64,000 nucleotides of DNA from an uncultured bacterium (lineage in GTDB: Bacteria > Omnitrophota > Omnitrophia > Omnitrophales > Aquincolibacteriaceae), in NCBI GenBank assembly GCA_964508905.1, contig CAZDVO010000001.1:3977-67976 (forward strand), read 5' to 3'. Of the stretch, positions 41,286 to 50,840 are shown piece after piece. Numbering within the stretch: the first letter of the stretch is position 1; each line of letters begins with the position of its first letter. The position numbers and the translations under genes were made by a program. The notes under the pieces are model-generated. The model saw only the letters and a program-made list of their open reading frames with translations, ran no database searches and was not told the DNA's origin.

Positions 41286-42314
41286 CTAGGAGGTCTTACC
41301 GCAGCCCGAGGCGCAGCCGCAGTGTTCTTGAGGCAGGATCAGAGGGAACCCGCTCCTCTCCAGCATACCGAGATCTTCCTGAAGAGGATTACCGCTAGTC
41401 GTGAGATAACCGCCGACCACAAATCCGTTCACCCCGCCGCGCAGGGCTTTTTCCTGGAAATAAACGCCGAGATTCAGCTCCCGCCCGCCCGCGAGTTTGA
41501 TATTGGCTTTCGGATGGATCAGGCGATAGATCGCGATCGTCTTAACGACGTCTTCCGGATCGATCGCCGGCCGGCCCTGAAGCGGTGTCCCCGGCCTCGG
41601 ATTGAGGATATTGACCGGCAGACAATGAAGATGGTACGGCTTGAGCTCGAACGCCAGTTTCACCCGATCGGCCGTGGTCTCCCCCATCCCGAAGATCCCG
41701 CCGGAGCAAACTTCCACGTCGTTCGCTTTCAAAAAATTCAGTGTTTCCATCCGCTCGTCGTAGGTATGCGTGGAAACGATCTCGGGATAGAACTCCCGCG
41801 AACATTGGAGATTGTGATTAAAGCGCCGCATGCCGGCTTCCCGGAGCTTCTGGATCTGTTCCGCGGTCAGATTCCCAAGCGATCCGTCGAGGCGAAGCTT
41901 TGTTTCCTTGGAAAGCAGTTGGAAGGTCGCGAGCACCTGTTTGAATTCAGCGTCGTTCAGCGTTTCACCGCTTGTGACCACACAGAAACTTTGAACCCCA
42001 TTGGCCTCACAGGCCTTCGCTTGGGTCAACACTTCGTCGGGTTGCATCAGCGGGTAGCGTTTCACACCCGTTTTGTAATGCGCGGACTGGGAACAAAAAC
42101 CGCAGTCCTCAGAACACAGGTAACTTTTGGCGTTCACGAGAGAACAAAGATCGGGAGTGGAGGAGCGGTAGTGAAGCGTGATCTCATGCGCCGCGTCAAG
42201 CAACTGATCGATCATGACGGGATCTCGAAGTTCGGCGAGGCGCATTGCTTCGTCAAAAGTGATCTCGCCGCCCGCGAGGACGCGGGACTTGAGCTCTTGA
42301 ATGAAGGCTTTCAT
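41286..42314 (-). CDS. bioB: Biotin synthase (radical SAM)
   Basis: CSEDCGFCSQS (CxxxCxxC) ...GNLTAEQIQKLREAGMRRFNHNLQ...CSGGIFGMGET... Confidence 0.8.
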   Translation of the reverse strand: MKAFIQELKSRVLAGGEITFDEAMRLAELRDPVMIDQLLDAAHEITLHYRSSTPDLCSLVNAKSYLCSEDCGFCSQSAHYKTGVKRYPLMQPDEVLTQAKACEANGVQSFCVVTSGETLNDAEFKQVLATFQLLSKETKLRLDGSLGNLTAEQIQKLREAGMRRFNHNLQCSREFYPEIVSTHTYDERMETLNFLKANDVEVCSGGIFGMGETTADRVKLAFELKPYHLHCLPVNILNPRPGTPLQGRPAIDPEDVVKTIAIYRLIHPKANIKLAGGRELNLGVYFQEKALRGGVNGFVVGGYLTTSGNPLQEDLGMLERSGFPLILPQEHCGCASGCGKTS

Positions 42315-42335
42315 ATCCGTCGAACGAGCGCCGAA

Positions 42336-43562
42336 CTAGGCCTGCGCGAAGACTTCGCGCGCCACGATCCCGACGACGCCCAACGCGACCGCATTCTCAC
42401 CAAAAGCGGACGGAATGATCTTCACCTGGGTCGCGGCTTCTTCAACGGACCATTCTTTCACGGTGTTCTTGATGGAGTCGAGGAGCGGCGCGCCGCAATC
42501 TTCGATCCCGCCGCCGATCACGACCACTTCGGGGTTCAATAGATTCACGATAAAAGCGATCTTTTTGCCGAGTTCCTGGCCGGCGTGTTCCGCGACCTTG
42601 ACCGCGACGGCGTCTTTTTCGCGGATCGCTTTGACGATCTCTTTAAAACCGAGCTTGTTAAGATCGCCGCCCACCATCTCTTTGAGAACGGTCGGCTCGC
42701 CTTTTTCGATCTTCTCCCGGGCATGACGGACCATCCCGATATCCATTTCCCAACGGCCGAGCTGGGTGGCCATCTTGAAGGAAACATCCTTGCTGGCGTG
42801 CGCGCTGGTGATCCCGAGCTCCCCGGCGGCGCCGTTAGCCCCGCGGTAGATCTCTTCATTGATCAGAATGCCGCAGCCAACCCCGGAGAACATATAGACC
42901 ATGTTCCGAACGTCGCGGTCAAGGCCCAGCCATTTTTCACCGAGCACCGCCGCGTTCGCGTCATTCTCGACGATGGTGGGAATGTTGAGCCGTTTTTCGA
43001 AGGTGTCCTTGATCGAGGAACATACGGAAATGTCCTTATCGCCCAGGCTTTGCGGCCAGCGGATCGTGCGTCCGCGCTCATCGATGATCCCGGGGATGCC
43101 GACGCCGAGGCCGACGATCTTGGATTTGTCGATCTCCGCCTTCTCAATGATCTCCGCGGCCAGGTCCACCATCTGCTGGATCACCTTTTCGGAGTTCTCC
43201 GGGGCCCGTTCACGCTTGATCTCGCTGATCACGTTGATCTCGAGATCCACGAGCACCGCGACAATGCTCATCATGTTAAGACCGACACCGACGATATAGC
43301 CGGCTTTGGGGTTTAGCTCCACAAGCACGGGCTTACGGCCGCCGGTCGATTCGTCCAATTCCCCTTCGATCACGAGGCCTTTTTTGATGTAATGGCCCAC
43401 ATAATTGGAAACCGTCACGATGTTCAGCTCGGTAAGCTTGGAAATATCGGTCCGGGAGATGGGGCCGTTCTTGCGGACGACCTCAAGGATGGCCAGATTC
43501 TTTCTTTCCTTGTCCGTCAGCGTCCGATCTTTAAGCATTTGCTTGATGATCATGGGAGTCAA
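42336..43562 (-). CDS. ROK-family transcriptional regulator (NagC/XylR-like: N-terminal wHTH plus sugar-kinase fold)
   Basis: N-terminal wHTH (...RTDISKLTELNIVTVSNYV...), followed by a ROK domain with ...LGVGIPGIID... and C/H-rich motifs. Confidence 0.7.
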   Translation of the reverse strand: MTPMIIKQMLKDRTLTDKERKNLAILEVVRKNGPISRTDISKLTELNIVTVSNYVGHYIKKGLVIEGELDESTGGRKPVLVELNPKAGYIVGVGLNMMSIVAVLVDLEINVISEIKRERAPENSEKVIQQMVDLAAEIIEKAEIDKSKIVGLGVGIPGIIDERGRTIRWPQSLGDKDISVCSSIKDTFEKRLNIPTIVENDANAAVLGEKWLGLDRDVRNMVYMFSGVGCGILINEEIYRGANGAAGELGITSAHASKDVSFKMATQLGRWEMDIGMVRHAREKIEKGEPTVLKEMVGGDLNKLGFKEIVKAIREKDAVAVKVAEHAGQELGKKIAFIVNLLNPEVVVIGGGIEDCGAPLLDSIKNTVKEWSVEEAATQVKIIPSAFGENAVALGVVGIVAREVFAQA

Positions 43563-43726
43563 ACTCCTTTCAAAATAGGTTTTTGTAACCTGTTTCGTAA
43601 TCGCTATATAAGTGCGTCAAGCGGCACTCATTTTAACTCGACGATATGCTTTGTCAAAGCGTTAATTGAGTACGCCGGAGAAGAAGAGCCTATCTCTTAT
43701 CCCAGCAAGGGGTTGCCGCCTCCCGC

Positions 43727-45868
43727 TTAAAAGAATTTCTCCTGATCGAGCAGTTTTTCGATCTTTTTGCCGACGGGGTCTTTGTGAAAATAATCCTGGA
43801 TCACGCCTTTTTTCAAGTAATTGACGATCGGAACAAAGATCATCCCCTGGTCTAGCGCCAAATACTGGGTGTTTACGCGCTGGCTCGGGAACGTGATCGA
43901 ATCATAAAACCCGTACTCTCCGTAAATGGGAAAGGTCAGGAGTTTCCGGATGTTCTTGATGGCGTCCTTGGGAATGGCATCCAGAGCAAGAAAGGTGACG
44001 TGCGGCGTGATGACGCCGCGGTCCGGATACCCTTTGGCACCGAGTCTTTTAACGCCATATTCCTCGTACCTCCACCGCCGCCCGTCCGCCGTCGAAGCCG
44101 GAGAAATGCCCCAAACGGGGTATTTTTTATCCTTGAGAGCGAAATCCCGGTGTAGCTCGGCCACGATCTTGTCGTTCTCCCCGAGGCTTTTGGGGGCATA
44201 TTTCTTTTCATTGATCACGAGCGTCGGCATCAGGAACTCAAAAAGCGACCCGCCCCAGCTTGGCACGAATTTCTTGCCGCCCTCCTTATAATATCCCTGA
44301 AAATAGCTGACCCCCTCCCGTTCCACCATTTTCCCCTCAGGTTTCTGGGTCTGCCAATCCCACGCGTCAGGAGCCGTGCGATAGAGATACCACCAGTGAT
44401 CTTGGGAGAGATCCCCTTTGCCGATCCCGTAAAGGCTCGCGATACGCGCTTCGGTCACAAGCATCCCGTAGTGATAGGGTGTCGGGCGGTCTTCTTCCAC
44501 GTCGTAGCCCACCCGAAGCTGGTTGGTGTCGGGATCAAGGAATTCCTGAAAATGGAACCCATCGAGGATCGCGGTCGCGTCCTTCGCGATATCCCCCGGG
44601 AAAGCCTGCCGCGTCACCACCAACGCCACCGCCAGCCAAGCGCTGTCCACGCTTGAAACGAAACGGCGGGTTTCCGCCAAGCGGGTCGTTTCATAGAAGT
44701 TAAAGAAAAAACCTTTCCACGCCTTCAGCTTCTTAAGGACGGCGAGAATGTCCTTGGCCCGCGTTTCCGCCTGGGCGGCGTTGAGGATCCCAAGTTCCCG
44801 GGCCCCGACCGTCGCCAAAAGGTCCATAGCGATATTCGTGGGAGAAGTGTAGGCGGCCGCGAGGGGGAAATCGCCGATCTTGTAGTGGTCGACCACGAGA
44901 TGGCTTTTTTTGTCGGCGGCATTTTCAAAATACTTCCAGGTGTCGCGGGCGATCTTCATCAGAAGATCCTTGTCGTTCCCGGTCGCCAACAGTTCCTTGC
45001 GGCGGGGCTCATCGAACACCGCCTGAGGAAATCCTTTCATGTTGTCGACTACGCTCTCGAACCCGACCTCGGGAGGCCCGAAGAAAGCGACCTCATCCAG
45101 GCCGATCTTCCCCGCCATGTTTTTGTCTTTCGCGAGCACGATGAACGCCAGTGAGCGCAACTGGTCCAGATCCACTCCGCGGAAAACCGAGAGGGGCAGG
45201 ATCGCGTCATTCCATCCCGTGCTTTCCCGGCAGGCTTCCGTCATGTCCTGAGCCACGGTCTTACCCGCCCAGTCGCTCAGCGCCACGCGCAGCCGCCCTT
45301 TGAACGAAGTCTCGGCCGGGACTTGGCATTTCACCGCGAGATATTGCGCCGCGCTCATGTCCAGTTTCTCAAGAGAGGTCCGCGCTTCAGCTTGTCCCTT
45401 CGCCTTCAAGTTGTACCGAAGCCAGAGCGACGAACCGGACTTTACGCCGCGGGCGTCTTCCCTTTTGATCTCCAGGACCAGGGCCTTTGTTTTTTCCTGG
45501 TCCACCCCCCAAGCCCCTCCAAGCTGGTTCTTGAGCCCTTTGCCGCTGAAATCATCGATCACCTTGAAACGGGAGGATGTCCGCAGTGATTTGCTCCCGG
45601 GCACGAGATCATAAATGCGTCCGATGTCGAGCGGCGGCGCTTCTCCGGCAGGGCCGATCTGAGCTACGGGAATATTTTTTTCGGAAGCTTCCGTGGGGCC
45701 GATCTTGGAGCCTGAAGCTTCGGTGGTTTTACTGGAGAAAGATCTTGCTTTGGCTGCCGCGAATCCCTGAGCGGTGATGCCCACAAGAAATACGCTGGCA
45801 ACCAAAAATGAAAAAGCGTTCCTCAGGTTCTGTTTCAAACCTGAGGAACGCTTGGAAAGATCGGCCAT
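43727..45868 (-). CDS. Membrane-anchored or secreted glucoamylase-like protein (DUF3131/PF10091; GH144-type beta-1,2-glucanase candidate) with an extra N-terminal domain
   Basis: N-terminal hydrophobic segment. The C-terminal half (...YGEYGFYDSITF...YLALDQGMIFVPIVNYL...) matches the same family as the 1089-2367 protein. Confidence 0.55.
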   Translation of the reverse strand: MADLSKRSSGLKQNLRNAFSFLVASVFLVGITAQGFAAAKARSFSSKTTEASGSKIGPTEASEKNIPVAQIGPAGEAPPLDIGRIYDLVPGSKSLRTSSRFKVIDDFSGKGLKNQLGGAWGVDQEKTKALVLEIKREDARGVKSGSSLWLRYNLKAKGQAEARTSLEKLDMSAAQYLAVKCQVPAETSFKGRLRVALSDWAGKTVAQDMTEACRESTGWNDAILPLSVFRGVDLDQLRSLAFIVLAKDKNMAGKIGLDEVAFFGPPEVGFESVVDNMKGFPQAVFDEPRRKELLATGNDKDLLMKIARDTWKYFENAADKKSHLVVDHYKIGDFPLAAAYTSPTNIAMDLLATVGARELGILNAAQAETRAKDILAVLKKLKAWKGFFFNFYETTRLAETRRFVSSVDSAWLAVALVVTRQAFPGDIAKDATAILDGFHFQEFLDPDTNQLRVGYDVEEDRPTPYHYGMLVTEARIASLYGIGKGDLSQDHWWYLYRTAPDAWDWQTQKPEGKMVEREGVSYFQGYYKEGGKKFVPSWGGSLFEFLMPTLVINEKKYAPKSLGENDKIVAELHRDFALKDKKYPVWGISPASTADGRRWRYEEYGVKRLGAKGYPDRGVITPHVTFLALDAIPKDAIKNIRKLLTFPIYGEYGFYDSITFPSQRVNTQYLALDQGMIFVPIVNYLKKGVIQDYFHKDPVGKKIEKLLDQEKFF

Positions 45869-45880
45869 GGACGTTGTCGC

Positions 45881-48343
45881 CTACCCGAGCGTCACTTCGA
45901 CCCGGTGCGTGCGCCCGTCCCGAAGGTCCGGGATCAGGTTCTCTTTTTGCTTTTTCCCGTCCACGAGAATCTCCTTCACCCCTTGCCCCGTCTGCGACGG
46001 ATTTTTCACGTCGATCAGATAGGTGGCGCCGCGGAAAAGCCGTTTCATTTTGAATCCCGGCCACTTCTTTGGGATCACGGGGTCCACAAGCAATCCTTTC
46101 GCCGTTGGACGGATCCCGAGCAGCCAATTCATCACCACCACGGCATACCACGCCGCGGAACCGGTGTACCAACTCCAACCGCCGCGCCCGTTGTTCGGAG
46201 AATCCGGTCCGTCCACATTGCCCGGGGTCACATACGGTTCGGTGTAATAGATATCCGGTTCGAGGCCGCGCTGCGCGGGGTTGAAACTTTTGTAGACCTG
46301 ATAGGCCTTGTCACCGTCCCGCATCATCGCCTCGGCCTGGACCGCCCAGGTCCCGGCATGCGTGTAGAGCCCGCCGTTCTCGCGGACGGAAGGCGCGTAA
46401 CGCGTGATATAGCCGATCGTCGCGTCGGTCTTGTTATAACCCGGCGTTAAAAGGAGCGGCCCGTATTTCTTATAGAGCCATTTCTCGGCCGAATCCATCG
46501 CGATGCGGGCGCGCTTCGCGTCCGCCGTCCCGGTGATCACCGACCAGGTCTGGCAATTCAGAAAGATCTTTCCCGTCTCGCATTTCTTGCTGCCCAACGG
46601 ACGGCCGTCGTCGCGGGTCGCGCCGAGATACCACTCCCCGTCCCACCCCGCGTCATTGACGGCGCGCTTCAGCTCTTCGGCGCGCTTCACATATTCTGCC
46701 GCCTTGGCCTTGTCGCCGCGTTTTTCCATCAGCGGCGCGATACGCGTCAGGATCCCGTAAAGAAAATGCCCGAGCCAGATCGATTCGCCGCGCCACTTGA
46801 TGCCCACGTGGCTTAAGCCGTCGTTCCAATCGCATTCACCCATCAGCGGCAGTCCGCGCGGAGAGAACCGCGTGAGCGCTTTATCGATCGAGCGAAGCAG
46901 ATGGTCATAAAGCGACCCTGAGGTGACCTTCCGTTCCGGGTCTTTCGGGTCCGGCAGGAATTTCACATCGGCGTCAAGGATCGCTTCGTCGGCCGTTTCA
47001 TCCAGATAGTTCAACGTAATGAAATCCAGCCACAGAAGATCGTCGGAGCAATTCGTGATCGCGCCGATATTCGTCCCGTGATGCCACCAGTGGTACACCG
47101 TCCCGTCGGGGAACTGTTGTTCGGCGTGCAGGAGGATCTGCTTTTTCGCGAGCTCGGGACGCGTCGCGAAGAAGATCTGACAATCCTGAAGCTGGTCGCG
47201 GAAACCGTAGCCGCCGCTTGACTGATAATAGGCGCATTTGCCCCAGATGCGCGCCGAGATCGCCTGGTATTTCATCCAGGTGTTCGTCATGAAATTGAGC
47301 GATTCGTCCGGCGTCTCCACTTCGGTCGCGCGGACAAAAGAATCCCACAAGGCTTTGACCTTCGCGAGCTCCTGCTCCGCAACTTTAGGCCCCGCGTATT
47401 TCCGAATGATCCTCTCGGCTTCTTCGCGGGTCCGGGTCGAGCCCAGCGTAAAAACAACGGTCTTGGATTCTTTAGGGCCAAGCTCAACATCCACTTGAAG
47501 GCTCGCGGACGCGTCGCCCCATTTACCCTCGGAGTTGCGGCAGGCCCCTTCCACTACGGCGGCCGGCGCGTGCAATTCTCCGTACCGTCCGAGGAAAGAT
47601 TCCTTGTCGCCGTCATAAGCCACCGGCTTCGGATAGGAAGCGTGAAAGCCTTGGAGCGGTTTTTCCGCGACGCCGGTCGAAATAAATCCCGGGACAAGCG
47701 GCGCGCGCTTGATGCCGTGGATGCAGCCGCTCTTGCGGTCGATCCAGGTCTCGATAAATGTTTTTTGGAATTCGCGATGCGTGTCGGTCCAGCTGCCGAG
47801 GCACCAGTCGAAATAGGTGAACAGGCTCAAGCGCCGTTTTTTCCCGGACTCGTTCTTCACGGTCACTTTCCAGACCTCGACCGGATCTTCCACATCAACA
47901 AAGATCGTTTTCTCGAGACGGATCCCGTTCAACTTGCTGGTGAGGACGGAATATCCCTGCCCGTGGCGTACTTCAAAAAAATCATATTTCGGCATACACG
48001 GTTTCCAGGTCCCGGACCAGAAGTCCCCGTTATCCCGGTCGCGCACATAGAGATATTTTCCCCAGTTGTCGCGGATGAGGTCCTGGTCCCAGCGCGTAAT
48101 GCGGGACAGGTTCGAATTGTCCCGCCACGAAAACCCAGAACCGGTTTGCGTTTCGATCATCCCGTAATCCCCGTTCGAGATCACGTTCACCCACGGGCGC
48201 GGCGTGTCGGGCCTCGTGATGATGAATTCCCGGCCGTCCTCGGAAAAATGCCCGTATTTTGAGGCGAATTTTTTCCCGGAATGATCTTCCTGTTTCAAAA
48301 GCTTCGCTTCCGCTTTTTTTCTCTCTTTCGACTTTCTAGGCAT
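45881..48343 (-). CDS. GH94-family glycoside phosphorylase (cellobiose / 1,2-beta-oligoglucan phosphorylase type)
   Basis: At 820 aa the length is typical of the family. ...GECDWNDGLSHVG... (GH94 catalytic-Asp region) and conservation along the whole N-terminal beta-sandwich and (alpha/alpha)6 barrel. Confidence 0.75.
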   Translation of the reverse strand: MPRKSKERKKAEAKLLKQEDHSGKKFASKYGHFSEDGREFIITRPDTPRPWVNVISNGDYGMIETQTGSGFSWRDNSNLSRITRWDQDLIRDNWGKYLYVRDRDNGDFWSGTWKPCMPKYDFFEVRHGQGYSVLTSKLNGIRLEKTIFVDVEDPVEVWKVTVKNESGKKRRLSLFTYFDWCLGSWTDTHREFQKTFIETWIDRKSGCIHGIKRAPLVPGFISTGVAEKPLQGFHASYPKPVAYDGDKESFLGRYGELHAPAAVVEGACRNSEGKWGDASASLQVDVELGPKESKTVVFTLGSTRTREEAERIIRKYAGPKVAEQELAKVKALWDSFVRATEVETPDESLNFMTNTWMKYQAISARIWGKCAYYQSSGGYGFRDQLQDCQIFFATRPELAKKQILLHAEQQFPDGTVYHWWHHGTNIGAITNCSDDLLWLDFITLNYLDETADEAILDADVKFLPDPKDPERKVTSGSLYDHLLRSIDKALTRFSPRGLPLMGECDWNDGLSHVGIKWRGESIWLGHFLYGILTRIAPLMEKRGDKAKAAEYVKRAEELKRAVNDAGWDGEWYLGATRDDGRPLGSKKCETGKIFLNCQTWSVITGTADAKRARIAMDSAEKWLYKKYGPLLLTPGYNKTDATIGYITRYAPSVRENGGLYTHAGTWAVQAEAMMRDGDKAYQVYKSFNPAQRGLEPDIYYTEPYVTPGNVDGPDSPNNGRGGWSWYTGSAAWYAVVVMNWLLGIRPTAKGLLVDPVIPKKWPGFKMKRLFRGATYLIDVKNPSQTGQGVKEILVDGKKQKENLIPDLRDGRTHRVEVTLG

Positions 48344-48384
48344 GGTAATGAGAACTCCTTGGATTCTTTGCGTTAGGAAGGTTT

Positions 48385-49680
48385 TTATTCGGACTGCAAC
48401 TGCGCGTTCACTTCGGGAACCAGCTCTTTGATAGCTTCGGAGGCGGTCTTTTTCCCGTTAAAAATAAGGTCGAGCTTGGGACGGATATATTTTTCTTCGA
48501 TCTCGCGCCATTTCGGATGAAAGGGGCTGAACACCACATGCTGAACGGCCTCGATCAGCATTTTTTTATTCGCGGGGGCGGAAGGGTCCCCGGCGAACGC
48601 GTCGCTTTTCGCGACCGAGATCCTCGCCGGCTGCGCGAGCCCGCGCTTGGCGAATTGTTTTTGTCCTTCGGCGCCCGTCAGCGCTTTGATCACTTCCCAC
48701 GCGGCCTGTTTTTTCTTCGAGGATTTGAGGATCGCGTAACCGGTGCCGCCAGTCCCAAAAGCGCGGACCCCTTTATCGTTCTTGGGGAACATCACCACGT
48801 CCCATTCGAAATTATAATTCCGGAATTGCGGCGTCTCCCAGATCCCCGAGAGGAACATCGCGATGCGGCCGTTGGCGAACATCCGATCGGCTCCCATGCC
48901 GAAATTCATGAACGCGGTGGGGCTCGGCATAGCGTCATACAGATTGCTCAGGTCGGCGTAAAACTGGATCCCCATGGCGGAGCGGTCCTCCCCCAAAAGA
49001 GTTCGGGTGGGCTGTTTCACATTGTCCACAAGCCCGCCGCCGTTGCCATAAATAAAATTTTGCCACGCCCAGGTATAAAAACCGTACTGCGTCACGCGGC
49101 CGGCGCTGTCTTTTTTAGTCAGCTCACGAGACAGGCGAAGCAGGTCGCTCCAGGTCCAGTCATCGGTCGGATACGGAAGATTGGCGGCATCGAAGACCTT
49201 TTTATTATAGAAGACACACGCGAAGGGTGCGATATCGCGAGGCGCGGCAAGGAGTTTACCCTGGTAGGTAAAGCGATCGAGGATCTGCGGAAAGAAATCA
49301 TTCTTGTCGAACCCCTCGGGGCTGGAGGCCACAAAGGGTGTCAGGTCCTCGAGAACGTTTTTGGAAGCGAAGGTAACGAAGTAATCGACTTCCGTCGCGA
49401 TAATGTCGGGGGCCGCGCCGCCGGCAATGCGCGTCAGGATCTTGCTGATATAGCCGGTGTAAGGGGTGTGTTCAAAAACGATCTTGATCTCGGGGTGTTT
49501 CTCCTGCCACGGCGCGAGCGCTTCCGTGATAATTCCGATCTCTTCGGGCGTCCCCCAAAAGCTGACCTTCACTTCGGTAACGCCTTTTTGCCCCGGCGAC
49601 ACGGGAGAGCCGCAGCCCGCCAAAACAAAGATTGTTAAAAGAATGGAAAAACCCTTCGCCGCCCAACCAGTCTTTGCCAT
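48385..49680 (-). CDS. Sugar ABC-transporter substrate-binding lipoprotein (family 1 SBP)
   Basis: Lipoprotein signal ...LAGCGSP, and the MalE-like SBP fold. No permease or ATPase genes are adjacent. Confidence 0.7.
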   Translation of the reverse strand: MAKTGWAAKGFSILLTIFVLAGCGSPVSPGQKGVTEVKVSFWGTPEEIGIITEALAPWQEKHPEIKIVFEHTPYTGYISKILTRIAGGAAPDIIATEVDYFVTFASKNVLEDLTPFVASSPEGFDKNDFFPQILDRFTYQGKLLAAPRDIAPFACVFYNKKVFDAANLPYPTDDWTWSDLLRLSRELTKKDSAGRVTQYGFYTWAWQNFIYGNGGGLVDNVKQPTRTLLGEDRSAMGIQFYADLSNLYDAMPSPTAFMNFGMGADRMFANGRIAMFLSGIWETPQFRNYNFEWDVVMFPKNDKGVRAFGTGGTGYAILKSSKKKQAAWEVIKALTGAEGQKQFAKRGLAQPARISVAKSDAFAGDPSAPANKKMLIEAVQHVVFSPFHPKWREIEEKYIRPKLDLIFNGKKTASEAIKELVPEVNAQLQSE

Positions 49681-49854
49681 GCGGATTTCCCTTCGTTTGA
49701 AAGGCTTCTATCGTTATTGCGAGGAATCGATAACTCAATAAATAAAAATAGCATTCTCAAGCGACAAAGTGCGCGAATTATAGCATGGCGAACGGGTCCT
49801 CTGTAAAGGGGCTTTTCGCGCTGAGAAAATGGAGCGCTCCCCTCTCCGCGACGA

Positions 49855-50805
49855 TTACCCGCGAGGCAATCCAATCTTCTGGAGCACGCGGTCAAGATCG
49901 TCGAGTGAGAAATACTGGATCTCAATGCGTCCTTCCTTCTGATTTTTCCGGGGATAGATCCTGGCTTGCGTTCCAAGAAGATGCGTGAGCCGGGTCTCGA
50001 GGTCCACGATCTCCGCGCTCAAATGCCGCGCGGTCTTCGCTTTCCGCTTGTGCGCGTTACTTCGATTCACGATCGCTTCGACCTGGCGCACGGAGAGATT
50101 CTCCTCGACGATCCGCTTGGCCATGTGCCGCTGATGTTCGGGGCTCAAAAGGCCCAGGATCGCGCGGGCGTGCCCTGCTGAAAGCCGTCCGTCGACAAGA
50201 TATTGCTTCACCTCGGGCGGTAACCGCAAAAGACGAAGCGTGTTCGTGACCGTCACGCGGTTCTTGCCAACCCGTTTCGCGACCTCATCCTGCGAGATCA
50301 TGCGTTCCTCGACCAGCCGTTGATACGCTTCCGCTTCCTCGAGAGGATTCAGGTCTTCCCGCTGAATATTCTCGATCAGCGCCCATTCCAGAAAATCTTC
50401 GTCCGCGACATCCTTAATGATGGCGGGCACTTCCGTCAACCCGCAAAGCGTCGCCGCGCGGAATCGCCTTTCCCCGCACACAAGCTCATATCCGCCTCCC
50501 GCCTTGCGCTTGACGATCATCGGCTGGAGAACACCTTTTTCACGTATGGAATTCGCGAGCTCTTCGATCGTCTCCGCGTTGAATGTTTTTCGTGGCTGAT
50601 TCGCGTTCGGCGAGATCCGCGAGATCGGAATGATCTGAAACGCGGCTCCCTGGGGCGCTTGCGCCGCGACGGGCGCAACCACTTCCTGTTCCACCGTCAG
50701 CGTCACAGCCGTGGCAGAGGCCGGTTCTTTTGTTTCCGTCGCCATTTGATTTTTATAACTGTCTGGGATCAACGCGCTCAATCCTTTTCCGAGGGCTTTT
50801 TTCAT
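49855..50805 (-). CDS. parB: Chromosome partitioning protein ParB/Spo0J
   Basis: MKKALGKGLSALIP...IVKRKAGGGYELVCGERRFRAA...IENIQREDLNPLEEAEAY... Confidence 0.9.
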   Translation of the reverse strand: MKKALGKGLSALIPDSYKNQMATETKEPASATAVTLTVEQEVVAPVAAQAPQGAAFQIIPISRISPNANQPRKTFNAETIEELANSIREKGVLQPMIVKRKAGGGYELVCGERRFRAATLCGLTEVPAIIKDVADEDFLEWALIENIQREDLNPLEEAEAYQRLVEERMISQDEVAKRVGKNRVTVTNTLRLLRLPPEVKQYLVDGRLSAGHARAILGLLSPEHQRHMAKRIVEENLSVRQVEAIVNRSNAHKRKAKTARHLSAEIVDLETRLTHLLGTQARIYPRKNQKEGRIEIQYFSLDDLDRVLQKIGLPRG

Positions 50806-50840
50806 AGGTGTTGCTCCTTTTCCATAAACGAGTTAGATAA

